From the human T2T-CHM13v2.0 reference genome, Homo sapiens, in the NCBI RefSeq assembly GCF_009914755.1, contig NC_060936.1: a stretch of DNA of 64,000 nt; one strand, given 5' to 3'. Below, one piece after another: positions 27,401 through 42,134 of this stretch; within the stretch, counting starts at the first letter, position 1; the number at the start of each line of letters is the position of its first letter. The notes under the pieces are model-generated. The model saw only the letters and a program-made list of their open reading frames with translations. It had not been told where the DNA came from and ran no database searches. A program made the translations under genes and the position numbers.

Positions 27401-28996
27401 GCCCGGGCTGATTTCTAAAACTCACTCCAAATTTACACATTCTACAATAAATTTTTCATTTACCTTTTCTCTCAAATGTCCTTGACGCTAAGCAGTATAC
27501 ACTGCAAATACTTTTTTTTCTCTATTTGTAAAAGGAACATTCATTTCTTTAAAATAATTTTGAAGTATGCGTGTGTAAATGTTACAATCTACCTCTTAGA
27601 TTATAAATCTTAGGGAGTAATGTCTGAGTCTTTTTAATATGCTTTCAATTAAATGTACTGGCTTTCTGAATACATTTAAAAGGATAAATGCTCCTTTCAA
27701 TGCAGAGAAAAATAACAGACATTGCTCTAGCACAAAGTCAAAGCCAAAGGAACTATAAAGCACACTTGGGTGTTCACTGCCCAATAATACATTTTTAATA
27801 GCATGTAGCACAATGTCAAATTTCAATCCTATAAAATGACCACAGAAAAAACTCTTTATCTTTGCAGGTATAAATGCCATACCAATGTGAACAGAGTTTA
27901 AATTCTGTTATATAATCCAACCTACCAATAATTAAATATAATATTAATATTTATGGGTTTGTCCATGCAGAACAGCTCTAAATCCAATCTTTCCCCTATA
28001 ACTCATTTACCAAATAAATGACAACAAAAAGAAAAAAAATGTAATTTTTGGAGGGTTCCAGGAAACATGTGCCTCTGAAATGAAAATAAAGTTGGTTAAT
28101 CCTTGGAACTATTTAAGAATAAACTTCCTAGATAAAATAAGACAGCATTCATCCTAACAGAGGGCAAGTGAAGACAGAGTGAAGGGCACTATAATGAATT
28201 TTTCTTAGAAATTATGAGCACAGAGTTTTGTGTTATCACAGTTTTCAGGTTGCCATTTTGGCACTGTTTTCAAACTGTAGGAATTGTGATTGGCATTGGT
28301 TCATGAATGTCTATGCATATTCCAATGCTAAAACATGGATTGCTATTGTACAAACTACACAAGTTGTAAACCCAGATCGCATGTAGTGGAAAACTATTTT
28401 GTTTATGTTATAAAACTAGCACTGAAACCAAGAGAGTAGGAAGGACCTGGATACCAAATGATGTGTACAGAGGCAGCGGTTCTTTGATTTGAATGGTCAA
28501 ATTTTATTTCATTTATGCTGTCCAGCAAAAAACCTCCTGAGATTATTTGGATATCTAATGCTGCTCTTCTTTCTGTGACCTAGCAGCATGTATAATCTTC
28601 GGCTTAAATTTTTAAATTTATATATATATATATAAAGCAACATGTAAAAATGCAAGCACCATTCTTCTATATCCCTTATATTACCATATTTCCAAATGCC
28701 TTGCCCTTTGTTTGTTCTTCATAAAATTCTTTACAATTCCTTCTTCCTTCTTATATCAGAATTTTATCTCCTGAACCTAAAGCCACTCACATTAGCCCCT
28801 ACTTAAAAACCTTAACAGCTCTCTACTTCCTACTGCAGTGTTCCCCAAACTTCTACTTCCTACTGCACTGCTCCCCAAACTCATGACATTTGGCAATTCC
28901 TTTCATAATTTTTTACCCTTTCTTTCACTGCCCTGTACTATTATTTGTTCAATGGTTTTCTTTAGAGTTCCTTTTATAACTCAAAAAAAATTTTTC

Positions 28997-29725
<729 letters not shown>

Positions 29726-29778
29726 TGCCAAGAATAGAAGATAGTTGAATAAAAATGGAATGAAAAGAATATTATTAA

Positions 29779-30073
29779 TTTTTTTATTATTATACTTTAA
29801 GTTTTAGGGTACATGTGCACAATGTGCAGGTTAGTTACATATGTATACATGTGACATGCTGGTGCGCTGCACACACTAACTCGTCATCTAGCATTAGGTA
29901 TATCTCCCAATGCTATCCCTCCCCCCTCCCCCCACCCCACAACAGTCCCCAGAGTGTGATGTTCCCCTTCCTATGTCCATGTGTTCTCATTGTTCAATTC
30001 CCACCTATGAGTGAGAATATGCGGTGTTTGGTTTTTTCTTCTTGCGATAGTTTACTGAGAATGATGATTTCCA
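29779..30073 (-). mobile_element. L1PA2/3 3' end (about 295 bp)
   Basis: ctaactcgtcatctagcattagg (GAG type); no clear TSD. Confidence 0.93.
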
Positions 30074-31464
30074 AGATAACGTTTCCTGCCCAAGTGTTAA
30101 AATCATGCTAGCCAACTGATTTTCTTCTTCACAGATTGAAAATATTTAACTCACTATGTGACACAATATCCTATCCATGTCCAGGTATCACATAAAGCCA
30201 TTCACCTAAAATCACTGGCAATATGATTCCCACGCCTATGAAAATGTATCTATAAAAAACAAATTAAAATATCTAAATAAGGCTCTTTAACCATCTGATC
30301 TAAACTCATATTTACTGTATTGGCACCAGCCACGCATTTTCCTTTCTCTTGTTCTCATTACTTTCTCAGCCCCCTTTTTAATAAATTCCAAGCTCCCCAG
30401 ACTTCATCTCTGCTGTACACCTTCTGATGCTTACTTGCCCCAATGTTTGATGAACCAAGGTTCACCACCATTATCTTACACTCACCATGCACATGGAATT
30501 CAAGCTTTGGCTTTTATCCTTATAATAAAAATCTTAGTCTTCTTTAATCTTCTTTAGTGAGAAATAACTCACAGTCTACTTTTCAAAGGAAATATGAAGA
30601 AAAATGTTAAAAATGTAAAAGGAACATGGGTTGACTAGAAATATTAAGTTTGACTGAAAATGAAAGGTAGTTAAATATATTATGAATATCGCTACTTGGA
30701 TAAAACTGTTAACAAGTGTTTATTTATTATTACAATTAAATGTCAAGTAAGAAATTCGATAAATTAATATGGACGAGGGAGATAAATTACTCAGAAGTGT
30801 TTTGGTCTTTTGATTTGTAGACTTTGCAACATAAATAGTATCCGAGTCTGCAATATAGTCACTAAATCCAAGGGAGTCTAAATTTCTGAACCTGAAAAAG
30901 TAACAGCCTAGAGGCATGTGATCTCTGAAATTATTTATGGGTAGATGAAACTTCCAAACACATAACATGCAGCTACAGATACTAAAGAGAATAATCTACC
31001 ATAATGACTTCTATTTAAGCAGTAACATAAAAAAGTATAATTTTAAAAGTCAAATGGATTAAAATATTCTATATCAGACACTATACTTCTCTCTATAAAA
31101 TTTATGTTGGTAAAAATTAACTTTGAGCTACATTGTTATTAATTTAGGAACACAGCTGGAGGTTTTTCTATCCCTTATGTGACTAACTGATAAAAATACA
31201 TCAATCCTGTACATGAGTACCTTAAGATACTGATGTGGTTTGTCAATGATAAAATAAATTTCATTTTCTAAATACAAAAGTGATATCTCTTTTCAAAAAT
31301 TTTAAAGAGGTTACAAAGGAAAACTCCCTCTGTTTTTGCTATTTGATATAGTTTTGTAATACATTTGGTCTTATGCTATCACCATAGATGAACTGCTTCC
31401 CTGGCATATCAGTGAATATTTTCAGGAAATATGCTGAATATTTCTTCTAATAATCTTTAGCCAG

Positions 31465-31605
31465 GATGATGATGATATTATTATTATTATAGACGGAGTT
31501 CTGCTATGTTGCCCAGGCTGGCTTTAAACTCCTGGGCTCAAGTGATCCTCCTGCTTTCACCTCTCGAGTAGCTGGGACTACAGGAATGTGCCACCTCACC
31601 TGGCT
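31465..31605 (-). mobile_element. FLAM_C-like monomer
   Basis: tatgttgcccaggctgg...ctcctgggctcaagtgatcctcctg; (GAT/TAT)n tail. Confidence 0.85.
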
Positions 31606-33399
31606 TCTTCCAATAATTTTTAAGAAGTGTTTTTCACAAAGTATGGCTCCAAGCAATATTTTTGCAGTGATATACTGAAGCACATGGTTAAGTATTATTT
31701 TTAAATTGTTTTTTAGTGTTTTTATTACTACAGGTAAACATTAAAATCTTTGTGTTAATGTAAATTGCATTACTTCAATTTTTTCCTAAGTTTCCTTTCC
31801 TGGAAATAAGTATGGATGCAAAAGATGTAACTAAAATGAAGTGACTGGAACATCATATCCTCTCATTTATAACTGTGATAATTTTAAACCCTTATATATT
31901 TTTATAAGTATGGATTGAATACTTGATGTATATAAAACACCAAAGGTTTAAAAACAATGCAGAATATAGAAATTAGAATTTATAATCTAGAAGCAAATAT
32001 ACATTCAAACACAGATGGCTATCATATAAAAAATATAATTATCATATAAACTATACAGGTATCATTCATTATTCAGGGGTTTTGAATGGTCCTAGTTAAC
32101 TGGCTTCCCCAGTGGCAATTTTTCTTCCAATGTGGTCTGATTCACATCAAAGATGAGACTTAGATACCGACTGATATTGAACATCAGCAGTTTATTCTAG
32201 CAGCGCTCTTACAAGTTGGATAATGGGAGCAGGTGGGTGGCATGAGCCAGATTCAATCAGGGGTCAGATGACCACCCATCCAAGAGGGTCTCCATCTGGA
32301 GACTATTCTCAGAGCTTGGGGGATTCTTCCCCTTTCTTATACCTGTGTTCAATCGGAGTCAGTTACCAGGTCTTTCATTCATAAAAGGAGGTTAAGCTAG
32401 TCTTGTAAGGGTAACTTTGTTTAAAGGTTTGTAAGAGTTGCATCTGTACTGAGGTGGACGTGTCTCCTGGAAATCCCCAGGCCAGGTTGCCTCACACTGC
32501 TACTGCTAAGTGGCACATAGTGTCAGCCCTGTGAGGTGTTCCAGTAGGACTTACAGCTATCATTCATCTTATAGCCAGGAAATGTCTCTCATAGTATGCT
32601 ACATCCAGGGGAGTGCTAGAGGGCAGCAGGAGATAGAATAAGCATTGTTTTCTGGGGCTTATCACAGAAACTGCAAGGAAAAAGGGACATCTAATCTGAG
32701 CAAAAAAAATAAAATAGACTTCAGGCAGAGATCAAGGAGGGTAAATTCTAGACAGAAGGCACAGTGTGAGAAAAGACATAGAGACAGGAAATTATAATAG
32801 ATATTAGGGTAATGACAAGGGATTTAAACTGACTAGAATCTGTGTGGGAGAGTGGTAAAATGCTGGGAAAACAGGCTGGGTGTTACATCAGAGTGCAGCT
32901 TTGAGAAAAATATCTCTGCTGAATGAATACGGTAAACAATGAATTGCCAAATAGGGAATCTATCTAGCTATTTTAGTGTTTCTAATTACAGAGCTAAAGT
33001 GCTGTATTATAGGAAACAAATACTGAATCAGCGCATTAAGAAAGTGTCCCTCATTAGCAATACTATTTTAAATAGTCAGGAGGTTTGAAGTTTCAGAATA
33101 GATTATTTAAGGTTTTGTATATATGGAGAGTCAGGAGGTAGGGAGGCGGATAAATAGACACAGATAAATACAGAAAAAAAATTCTAATGCCTGATTTGTC
33201 AATAACATACTTTCTTTAACTTAGAAATTGGAAACTAACTGAATCTAAAATGTGTGTCTTTCCACTACTCAGTTGCTGCTCCCCTATAAGAAGTGGACTT
33301 ACTGGCCTTTTGACTTTGAGAAAGTCATTCATACCTTCTAAGCGACACTATTCTCATCTGTAAGTAGGGTATAGAAATCACTTACTTCACAGAGGTTCG

Positions 33400-34330
33400 G
33401 AGTTGGTTCTGGAAAGTTACATTTTTTCTTGAAAACTGTCCATTTATCTGTTTTCAAATGCACTGGAGAACACGGTTCATAGTATTCTCTTATGAATTTA
33501 AAAATCTTTACTATCCATTATTATACATCTTTTTTATTCTAAATATTGTTTGTGCCTTCTCTCTCTTCTTGATTAGTATTGCAAGAGGTTTCCACATTTT
33601 ATTAGTCTTCTTTAAGAACTTTTATTTTTTGATCCTTCCGAGTATTTCTTTGCTTTGCACTTCCCATCCTCTGCTAACTCTACAGGCTTACTCTATGTTC
33701 TACTTCTAACCTCTTGTGGATCTGTTTAGTTATTAATTTTAACATCTTGTTTTGCATTGTGATTTCTTCTAAACCTATTAATTAATTTGAAGTTGCTTTT
33801 TGGGTGTTTTGTTTATTTTAGTTTCCCAGCTAAACTAGAAGGGGTGATAAATATCTTTCTGTTGTTTTGTAGTTTTATTGCATTTTTATTAGAAAACATG
33901 TTCTGGATGATACTGATTATTTGGATTTACTTATAATTTACTGAAATATCTATACATTTATATAAGCTTACTGAATTTACTGTTTGTGCTTGAACATGGT
34001 AAATTTTCAGAAGTGTTCCATGTTTTCTTAAAAAGAATGACATTCTCTACTTTAGGTTCTGTTTGACTCTCCTATCAAGCTTGTAAATTTTCTAAATAGT
34101 CTCTGCTTGTTTTTGTTTTTTTGACTTAGTACTTATCTAATTTTTTCTTTCCTCTTATTTCTGTATTTCTAACCTTTCTGTGACTGTCTCCTGTAAACAG
34201 CATACAACTGTATTAAAAAATTCAATATGAAGATCTTTGTCTTTTACAACTGTGTTTAATTGGTTTATTTTTTATTGTAAAAACAGTTATATTTAGATGT
34301 AATTTTTCTGGGTTTTTTTTTTTGCCCCTT
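33400..34330 (-). mobile_element. Old L1ME fragments
   Basis: Degenerate antisense ORF2 motifs. Confidence 0.6.
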
Positions 34331-34707
34331 CTTCTCTTACTATACTTTGAGTCTCTTATTTCTCCCTCTAACAGTTCATATTTTAAGAGTTTACTCTTAT
34401 ACTTTTAACATCTATATTTAACAAATTGAAAAACTAATTGTAATCTCAATTTCTTTCTGAAAAAAAATAAAAAGCAGAAAAATTTTAAAAACTCATTAGA
34501 AGGCTTTTTTCTAAAAGTTCTCATACCACATCCTATGTCATTTCTCTAAAATTTCAGCTTCCCAAGTTTTTTTTTTGCAAAATTGCTGAATTATAACACA
34601 TATATATGTCATATAAAATACACATATATACTGCACCAATCATAAGTATATAACTTTCAGTATAATTGAAAAATACACTATTTCCTTTATTTCTTTTAAA
34701 GTCTCTT

Positions 34708-34739
<32 letters not shown>

Positions 34740-34823
34740 GCAATGCAAGGTTCTTTATGTATTCATTTGTCCATCTGTCACACCTGGTGGCTTCCTTGCC
34801 TCCAATAATTGGTGTCGTTTCTA

Positions 34824-34916
34824 TTAGGTTGGTGCAAAAGTTAACTGTGGTTTTACCATTACTTTTAATGGCAAAAAGTAATGGTAAAACCGCAGTTAAC
34901 TTTTGCACCAGCCTGA
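34824..34916. mobile_element. MADE1 MITE forming an extended near-perfect palindrome
   Basis: Both TIRs present; TA flanks. Confidence 0.95.
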
Positions 34917-37255
34917 TACTCTCTGACTGTCCTCCTGTATTTACCAACAGTTGCTTCCCATGGACATCTCATGTACACTGGGTTCTGATAATTCCATGTG
35001 GATTCCTAACATGCCTCTATGGATGTCTCCAGTTTAGGACCTACTTTTCATTCAATTTATTTATTTGTTTATGTTTCTCAACTCATGGTTCCCACTTCAC
35101 AAAGGCAGTGTGAAATGAGAACACACACTCCCTCATAGCAAAGGCTCTTGGTTTTGCTTTTTCATGTGTACCATTATTTCCATTTGTAGTCTCAAATGAG
35201 CAGCAGAGAAGTAGGTAGCTTTCCAAGCCCAGTCTAGCCAGAATTTTTCTTGTCCCTATTTCAGAACCTGGATAGTGCTTTGTAACTACAGAGGCAAGGC
35301 CTGGAGCTTATCTCACTCAGCATTAAAAACTCTAACCTCTCACCTGTAAGGCTTATATTCGCTTCTAATATTCCCATGTGGGCTCACCACTTACACTCTT
35401 TTGTGACGCTTGGGGATTTCTTTCAAGTTCTGCTGTGCATTAAACTTGTATGTGTGTGGGATGCATGTTGGAGGTGTAGGGGGAGGTTATGGGCAGGAGG
35501 AGATTTTCCTGCAGCAGCTCAGTCTACTACATTTTCTAGAAGTCTGCTAAATAATTTTTTTAAGTTTTCATTGAAATTTAACAACATAGATATAGAAAAC
35601 CATACTGATGGACCTTTGAAGTTTTGTTTCCAACTAATCTCATAGTTGATTATATGTACAAATGATTTTCATTATATTGACAATTCAGAGTTCATCAACA
35701 TTATTATACTATTTCCATCATTAATGGTGTTGCCATTCCACCTGGTGTCTTTTCAGGAAACAGCTACAGTTAGAGATCAGGATATATGGCTATGGATTGC
35801 CTCAACACTCGACCTTGAAATATCTAGAGATAGTATATCTCTAGATGGGAATCCAAGGTCATGGTTGACTTTGCCCTTAGAGTTCCATTCCAGGTAATTG
35901 TATAAAATCTATCAACCAAACCACCAATCAACCAACAAAAATACTATTATATATACTGAATATTATTTTACCTACATGTGGAAAATCTATCTGAAGAATT
36001 TTTCATGGTGAACACATCCTGCCTTTTTGCTCTTTTCTAGCCAAGACTAAGGAGGTAACCAATAGCAGTGGTCCACCTAGAAGGAGCACCGTTGCTCAGC
36101 ACAGGGAGGAGTAAGAAAACATTTTTTTCTTTCTTTTTTTGTAAAGAGTTTGAGACTATTGTAAGGATATGCTGTGAACATCATTTTTTTTTTTAGTTAT
36201 TTTTATTTTTGCTACTTAGTTATCTGTGCCTTACTTTTCTCTAATTTATGTGCAGTTACAGGATGATGGTATAAAAATACAAATAAAATGTAAGAGTGAG
36301 TTGTTGAATTAATTTTTCTGAAATAAAGGAATAAACATTTCTACTAAAAAGTTGTATGATTTGTTATTTGCAAAAAAGCCAAAACTCCTGCTTTGAGGCC
36401 TCTGACCTCTAACTCTTCTACTGAAGGTAAGAGAAACATCTAATTTTAGTGTCTCTTTACTACTTAGTAGAGTTCTAATAAGTTTATAAATTAATTATGT
36501 AAAATACAGGAAACTATGTACATTTCTTTTTTTAACAGATTTCATAACATGTTTATAATTCTAGACTAGTAGTAACTTAGTTTTTTTTTTCCTATTGGCA
36601 AAAACAAAACTCTAAAGGTTTAAAGCTGTGAACAAGTACATCTAGAAATATTTAATCAATTAACTCACTAACAAAATTTGGCTGATAAGAACTATAAACT
36701 GAGTATTTTTAAAAGAAACTCTTTTGAGTGTTCATTTAAAACACTAATTGTATTTCTTTTACATATTTCTTTGTAATTAGTATATTTAAAATGTGGTCTG
36801 GATTTTTACTCAACTAACATATAATTTACTTCTTTGGAGCAGTTCTCTAATGAAACAATTATTGCATTATACTTTATAGCTCCTATGAGACACAATACTT
36901 TATTACAGATTTCATTGCCTTTATCAGTACTATGAGTAGACAAGATAAGAGAATATTCTTTTATAGGAATTTAAAACACAAAATAGATTAAAGCCATATC
37001 AGATAACATTTACACATTTTATATGTCTGGATATAAATGTTAGTTCATAAATCTGGAGAATATTTATTTTATACTAATATTTCATTTATGCATGTACTAC
37101 AAACCAAAAACATTAAGGTTTCTAGCCTCCCAAGCCAGCTACATGCCAATGACTACCAAATTTTATCCTTATTTTGCTTAATTTCACTGAACCCTGGAAA
37201 AGGCCTCTAAGAATAAAAAAAAAAAGTTCCATAAAAGAATGTAATGTGATAGTAA

Positions 37256-37578
<323 letters not shown>

Positions 37579-38118
37579 AACGTGATAGTAATTCATTTTG
37601 ACTTTACAGTTTTCTTTCATTTAAAAGCTTGGGAGTTTGGAAATACAGTACAATTAAACAATATGCAGTGGGAGAAATTGCCTTGGCAGTATTTGTGAAT
37701 AGCTGCCTAAAACTAAAGATCCAAACTCCTATACCTTATTAGAGAAATCTGGGTCTCCAAAAGTCTAGGCCTGAGTGCTTTCTACTCTGTGTGAAACACA
37801 CAATTGCAATGCTTTGCATCCACTATCACCAGTATATGCTGCAAAGTAATGTAGTTATGAAGGCCAGTTTAAAAGAACTGCTATAAGTGCAAGCACTCTG
37901 AAAACTTAAACATAAGCCTCGTTTTGAAATATTATTATATATTCGTATGGTAAAATGAGTGATATACCTGCCCCAGGCTGCCTCATTTGTAGATGCTTTA
38001 TTAACTGGAACACAGGAGGAGTCAATGACAGTTGATTTGTTCATCTTGTAGCAGAAACCGCAGTCTGGATCCAACATACATTCATTACAGTAACTGAAAA
38101 ATGAAAAGAGTTACCGTC

Positions 38119-38430
38119 ATGTTGGCAGAGACAACTGGTGCTCACCATATACTGGATTCCATGTGCTTCTCTGCATTTTCCACTCTCTTGTGCAGTAAGC
38201 TTGGGGCCTTGGGACTTGTTTTGGCCAAGGAAAGTGACATGCGCTGAGCCAGGTGAGAGCTGGCTGGTCTCTTCGATTTCTCCCTCTTTTGGCCACAGCA
38301 ACTTTGGAAGTCACTTTGAGCTGAAGGAGGCTTGGATCTGAGAGACTGAATGTAGAAGAGTCCCCGTCAATCTGGAGCAAATAAACTTTTGCTTTCCTAA
38401 ACCACTGAGATTTGTTACCAAACTGTAGAC
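38119..38430 (+). mobile_element. Old MaLR/ERVL LTR fragment
   Basis: aataaacttttgct...aaaccactgagattt 3' motif. Confidence 0.55.
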
Positions 38431-39430
38431 TGCCTCATTGTGATCCAGCCCTGACTGGTTCCAAGTTGCATCAAAGCATTCATTTCTCTCAATTGTCTAC
38501 CTCATACACCATCTATTTTAAAAAATGAAAATAGTTTTTTTTTCTAATACATATCCTGAAAAAGAAAATTCAAACAACGAAAAACATTATGTCTAAAGAA
38601 AACAGTTAAATAAAAATACTACTACTCAAATATGGCCATTGTTAACATCTTGGTGAAATCTGTGCTTTCAGCAAAGATATACTGAGTATCAATTATGGAT
38701 TATTCTGAATTTAAAAGAAGTAGGTATAGAAACAAAGGCTAACCATCCCCTAATCACATCTGCTAATTGGATCACAAAGTCATAATCAGTTACTCATTGC
38801 TCATTTGACAGCAGTATTCTAACTGCAGAAAAAATTTAAAGAAGCAAAAACCTTTAGAGGGCAGGGTTTGCCAACTAAAGCCTACATCATGCTTATAGAA
38901 TGAGTTTTCTCCCTGTCACACAATCATTTGCCAGAAAATTCTGGAGCACTTTACAGATGGCAAGCACATGCAAGGTATCAGAGATACTAAAGATGAATAA
39001 GCCCAAATCTCCCTGCTCCTTGGTAGATAAAAGGCAAGAATGAGAAACAGATGAACAACGACAATGTAATGGAAACTGGGTATGAGCTACCTGGAACAGG
39101 GGCCCATTCATTTTAACGATGAGAGCTGGGAACCGTTTTAAATGTGACATTGAAACCGAATCATAAAATAAATTTACCAGGCCAAGAGGTAGAGCAAAGG
39201 GCATTTCAGAGAACTGCTTATGTTGTCATTAAAGATCAGTCAGCACAGACTTATTAAATATTTACTGTGTACAAGTCGTGATACTATGGGTTGTGAAAGG
39301 AGAAATAGGTCATCTGAAAAAGACATCCAAAAGACATACAAGTTGTCTGAAAAGGATATGAAAGAATATTTCTTAATGTTCAAAATCAAAACACTTTTTT
39401 GATTCATGTAACTAAATATGAAAGCACTGG

Positions 39431-39840
39431 TGATAGGGTTTTTATGTTGGTCCTTTCCAAATCTCATCTTGAATTGTAATCCCCAAAGTTGGAGGTAGGG
39501 CCTGGTGGGAGGTATTGAATCATGGGGGAAAGATCCCTCATGAATGGTTTAGTGCCATCCCCTTGGTGATGAGTGAATTCTCACTCAGTTCACATGAGAT
39601 CTGGTTGTTAAAAAGAGCCTGGAACCTCCCTCTTCTCTCTCTTGCTCCCACTTTCACTATGTGAGGTGGCTGTTCCCCCTTAGCCTTCTACCATAAGCTT
39701 CCTGATGCCCTCACCAGAAGCAGATGTCAGCACCATGCTTCCTGTGCAGCCTGGAGAACGATGAGCCAATTAATCCTCTTTTCTTTATAAATTGCCCAGT
39801 CTCAGGTATTCCTTTATAACAACAAAAACAGACTAACACA
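39431..39840 (+). mobile_element. MST (MSTA/B) solo LTR
   Basis: TG...CA ends; 5-bp TSD actgg; ccaaatctcatcttgaattgtaatcccc. Confidence 0.92.
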
Positions 39841-40954
39841 ACTGGCATGGTTTAAAAATTAGATTTGTTATCATTTCAGCCTTCTCCCTCCTGTAAACTC
39901 TTCCTGAGTCACCCCTATTTTTGAATGACACTTCAGCCCTAGACAAAAAGCAAAAGAGAGGCCATTCAAATGTACTGAGAGGTGATTCAGCAATGTAAAT
40001 ATAAAATTTTCCACACTGGTGATAAGCACACTAAACTAGACAACTGAAGGCTTTAGAAGTAAGTACACTGAGTGTCTGGCTTTGAGAACCAGACTAGGCT
40101 AATTTGGAAAGGAGATAATTTCTACTAGTATTTTGTTTTGTATTCTGCCCATATGAAGTTAAATTTAACAATACTAATTGTTCCAATGGCCTTAAATGAT
40201 ACTCATTTGGGAAAGGTCAACTCACTCATTTGCAGAGAAATTATTCTCAATTTTATTTCTCCGAAAATATGTAGTCCCTATAAAAGTTCAAAAAGCATAA
40301 TGATAAAGGCTAATAATTACTGAGAACTTATTGTGTGTGCAATTCAGGCATATGAGATGTCATCCATAACAAATAACTTCCTCCACCACTCATCCAAGCG
40401 TGACCCCAACTTCCCACTTTTCCTGCTTGCTTATTAAATGATCTTCCTGTGACCTACTATGTGCCACACACTATGCTAGGTGCTGGGACATGTGAGTGAA
40501 TAAAACAGTCACTGCCCTCGTGAAGCTGATTTGGGTATTAGACCTCCTGATGATCACCAGTTAACTGACCCCTCTACTTGCTCTCTATTATCAGTTTTCT
40601 CCTTTCTTTAGCTTACTGACCACTTCCCATCATTTCAATATCCTGAATTTCCCTTCTCCTCTATCATTCCATTATACCCACCTGGTAAAAATCCTAGCCC
40701 TATATGAATGCAAACATTTGCCTTATCTGTGACTTCAGCCACACAGCCAAATGTAGCTGAAGGAGTCACACTATAGAGCAGATGAGTAGCTCTTCTATAA
40801 TTCATGATCACCAGCCTCAAACGGATTCTCAAAAATCCTGATCTAGATGGCTTTAGTCAATATACACATCTTAAAGTTTCTTAGCCCCCTGATTTCTAAG
40901 TCTTTACTTCTGCTTACATTTATCCACATCCTGGAAATTATTATCATCTATGAC

Positions 40955-41172
40955 CTGGCATCAGCAAACTACAACTGTTGAGAAAAATCTGGCGTACCAC
41001 TTACTCTGTAAAAAAGGTTTACAGAAACACAGCCATGTCCATTTGTTTACTTATTGTTTATGACTGCCTTCATGCTTTAAGGACAGAGCTGAGAAGTTGT
41101 AACAAAAATGATATGGCCTGCAAAGCTGAAAATATTTCCTATCTGGCCCTTTTAAAGTTTGCTGATCCCTAA
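40955..41172. mobile_element. MER58A-like MITE within L2 relics
   Basis: tcagcaaact...agtttgctga inverted termini; gaaacacagccatgtccatttgtttac. Confidence 0.75.
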
Positions 41173-41669
41173 TCTAGAACACCTATATAGATCCCCTGTG
41201 GAGATATTTCGCCCTTTTTTTAAATTCCCTAACTTCCTTACTCCAAGAACAACTGCTCTGCTACCTCAAAGAGACCTTCAACATTCATTCCCCACTGATC
41301 TCTCACTCACTCCATGGCTCTGCTTCCCTCTCTATGGAACCTTCATGTGAATCCTTCTAACCACTCTCACCAGATCCTCAATGTCTTCATATTTAGGTTT
41401 CTCTATTAAAGCCACCCTGCAGAACTTCATGTTTGGCTCTTTCTGAACACTTTTCAACCTCTAGACTATTCTGTACTGGCAGAGAAATAACACAACCAGG
41501 CATATTGATACAAATACACATTCAAAGTTTTCAACCTTGGCTGGATACTCACTGTTGCCAGGAAACTTTTCCTGTCCCCAATAATAGATAGATTTCCCAA
41601 ACACCCACAATTCTCTTCAAATCTCAATCCTTATTCCTCCACAAATTTCTTAGAAGATGGCCTTGTCTT

Positions 41670-42134
41670 TGTTGGGGCTCAGAACATGCTGCTCCATAAT
41701 ATGGCACCTTGGAGCTCACACCCTAATCTTTTCCACACTTTTGCCTCTGAAGCACGGTCATAAAAAAAAAAAAAAAAAAAAAATCTCTGACCTACATCCT
41801 CCGAAAGTAGGTCGTAAGACCCTCAGTCTATAGGGTTCCTTCTCTATATCCAGAGGCCAAGAAGAATCTGAACAAACAGGCCTCACTGAGTTCTTCCCAG
41901 GTTATTACTATTAGATCGTACCCTTTTGTTCTCCACTCTTATTTCCAACAACTGTTCATAAAAATATATAGTTTTCCCTGGGTGCAATCTTCATGCCTGA
42001 AGGCTGTGTCACATAAAACTTTGGTTAAATACATTTGTTATGCTTTTCTCTTGTTAATCTCTCTTTTGTTACAGTAATGCCCATTATGACTCTTGAGATA
42101 GGTCAAAAAAAGATATTATTTTTTCTCCCTTACA
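41670..42134 (+). mobile_element. ERV1 solo LTR (MER39/MER34-like)
   Basis: tgttggggctcagaa start; tctcccttaca end; 4-bp TSD tctt. Confidence 0.75.

Noticed and set aside
28821-28882. 31-bp tandem duplication; similar small ones at about 19788-19829 and 26413-26465
   Set aside because: Ordinary slippage-type duplications.
29779-30080. L1PA2/3 lacking a TSD as the partner of another split element
   Set aside because: No complementary minus-strand piece in the window; TSD-less short L1s are known.
35822-35846. 11-bp-arm palindrome atctagagata-gta-tatctctagat
   Set aside because: Short and isolated, with no supporting context.
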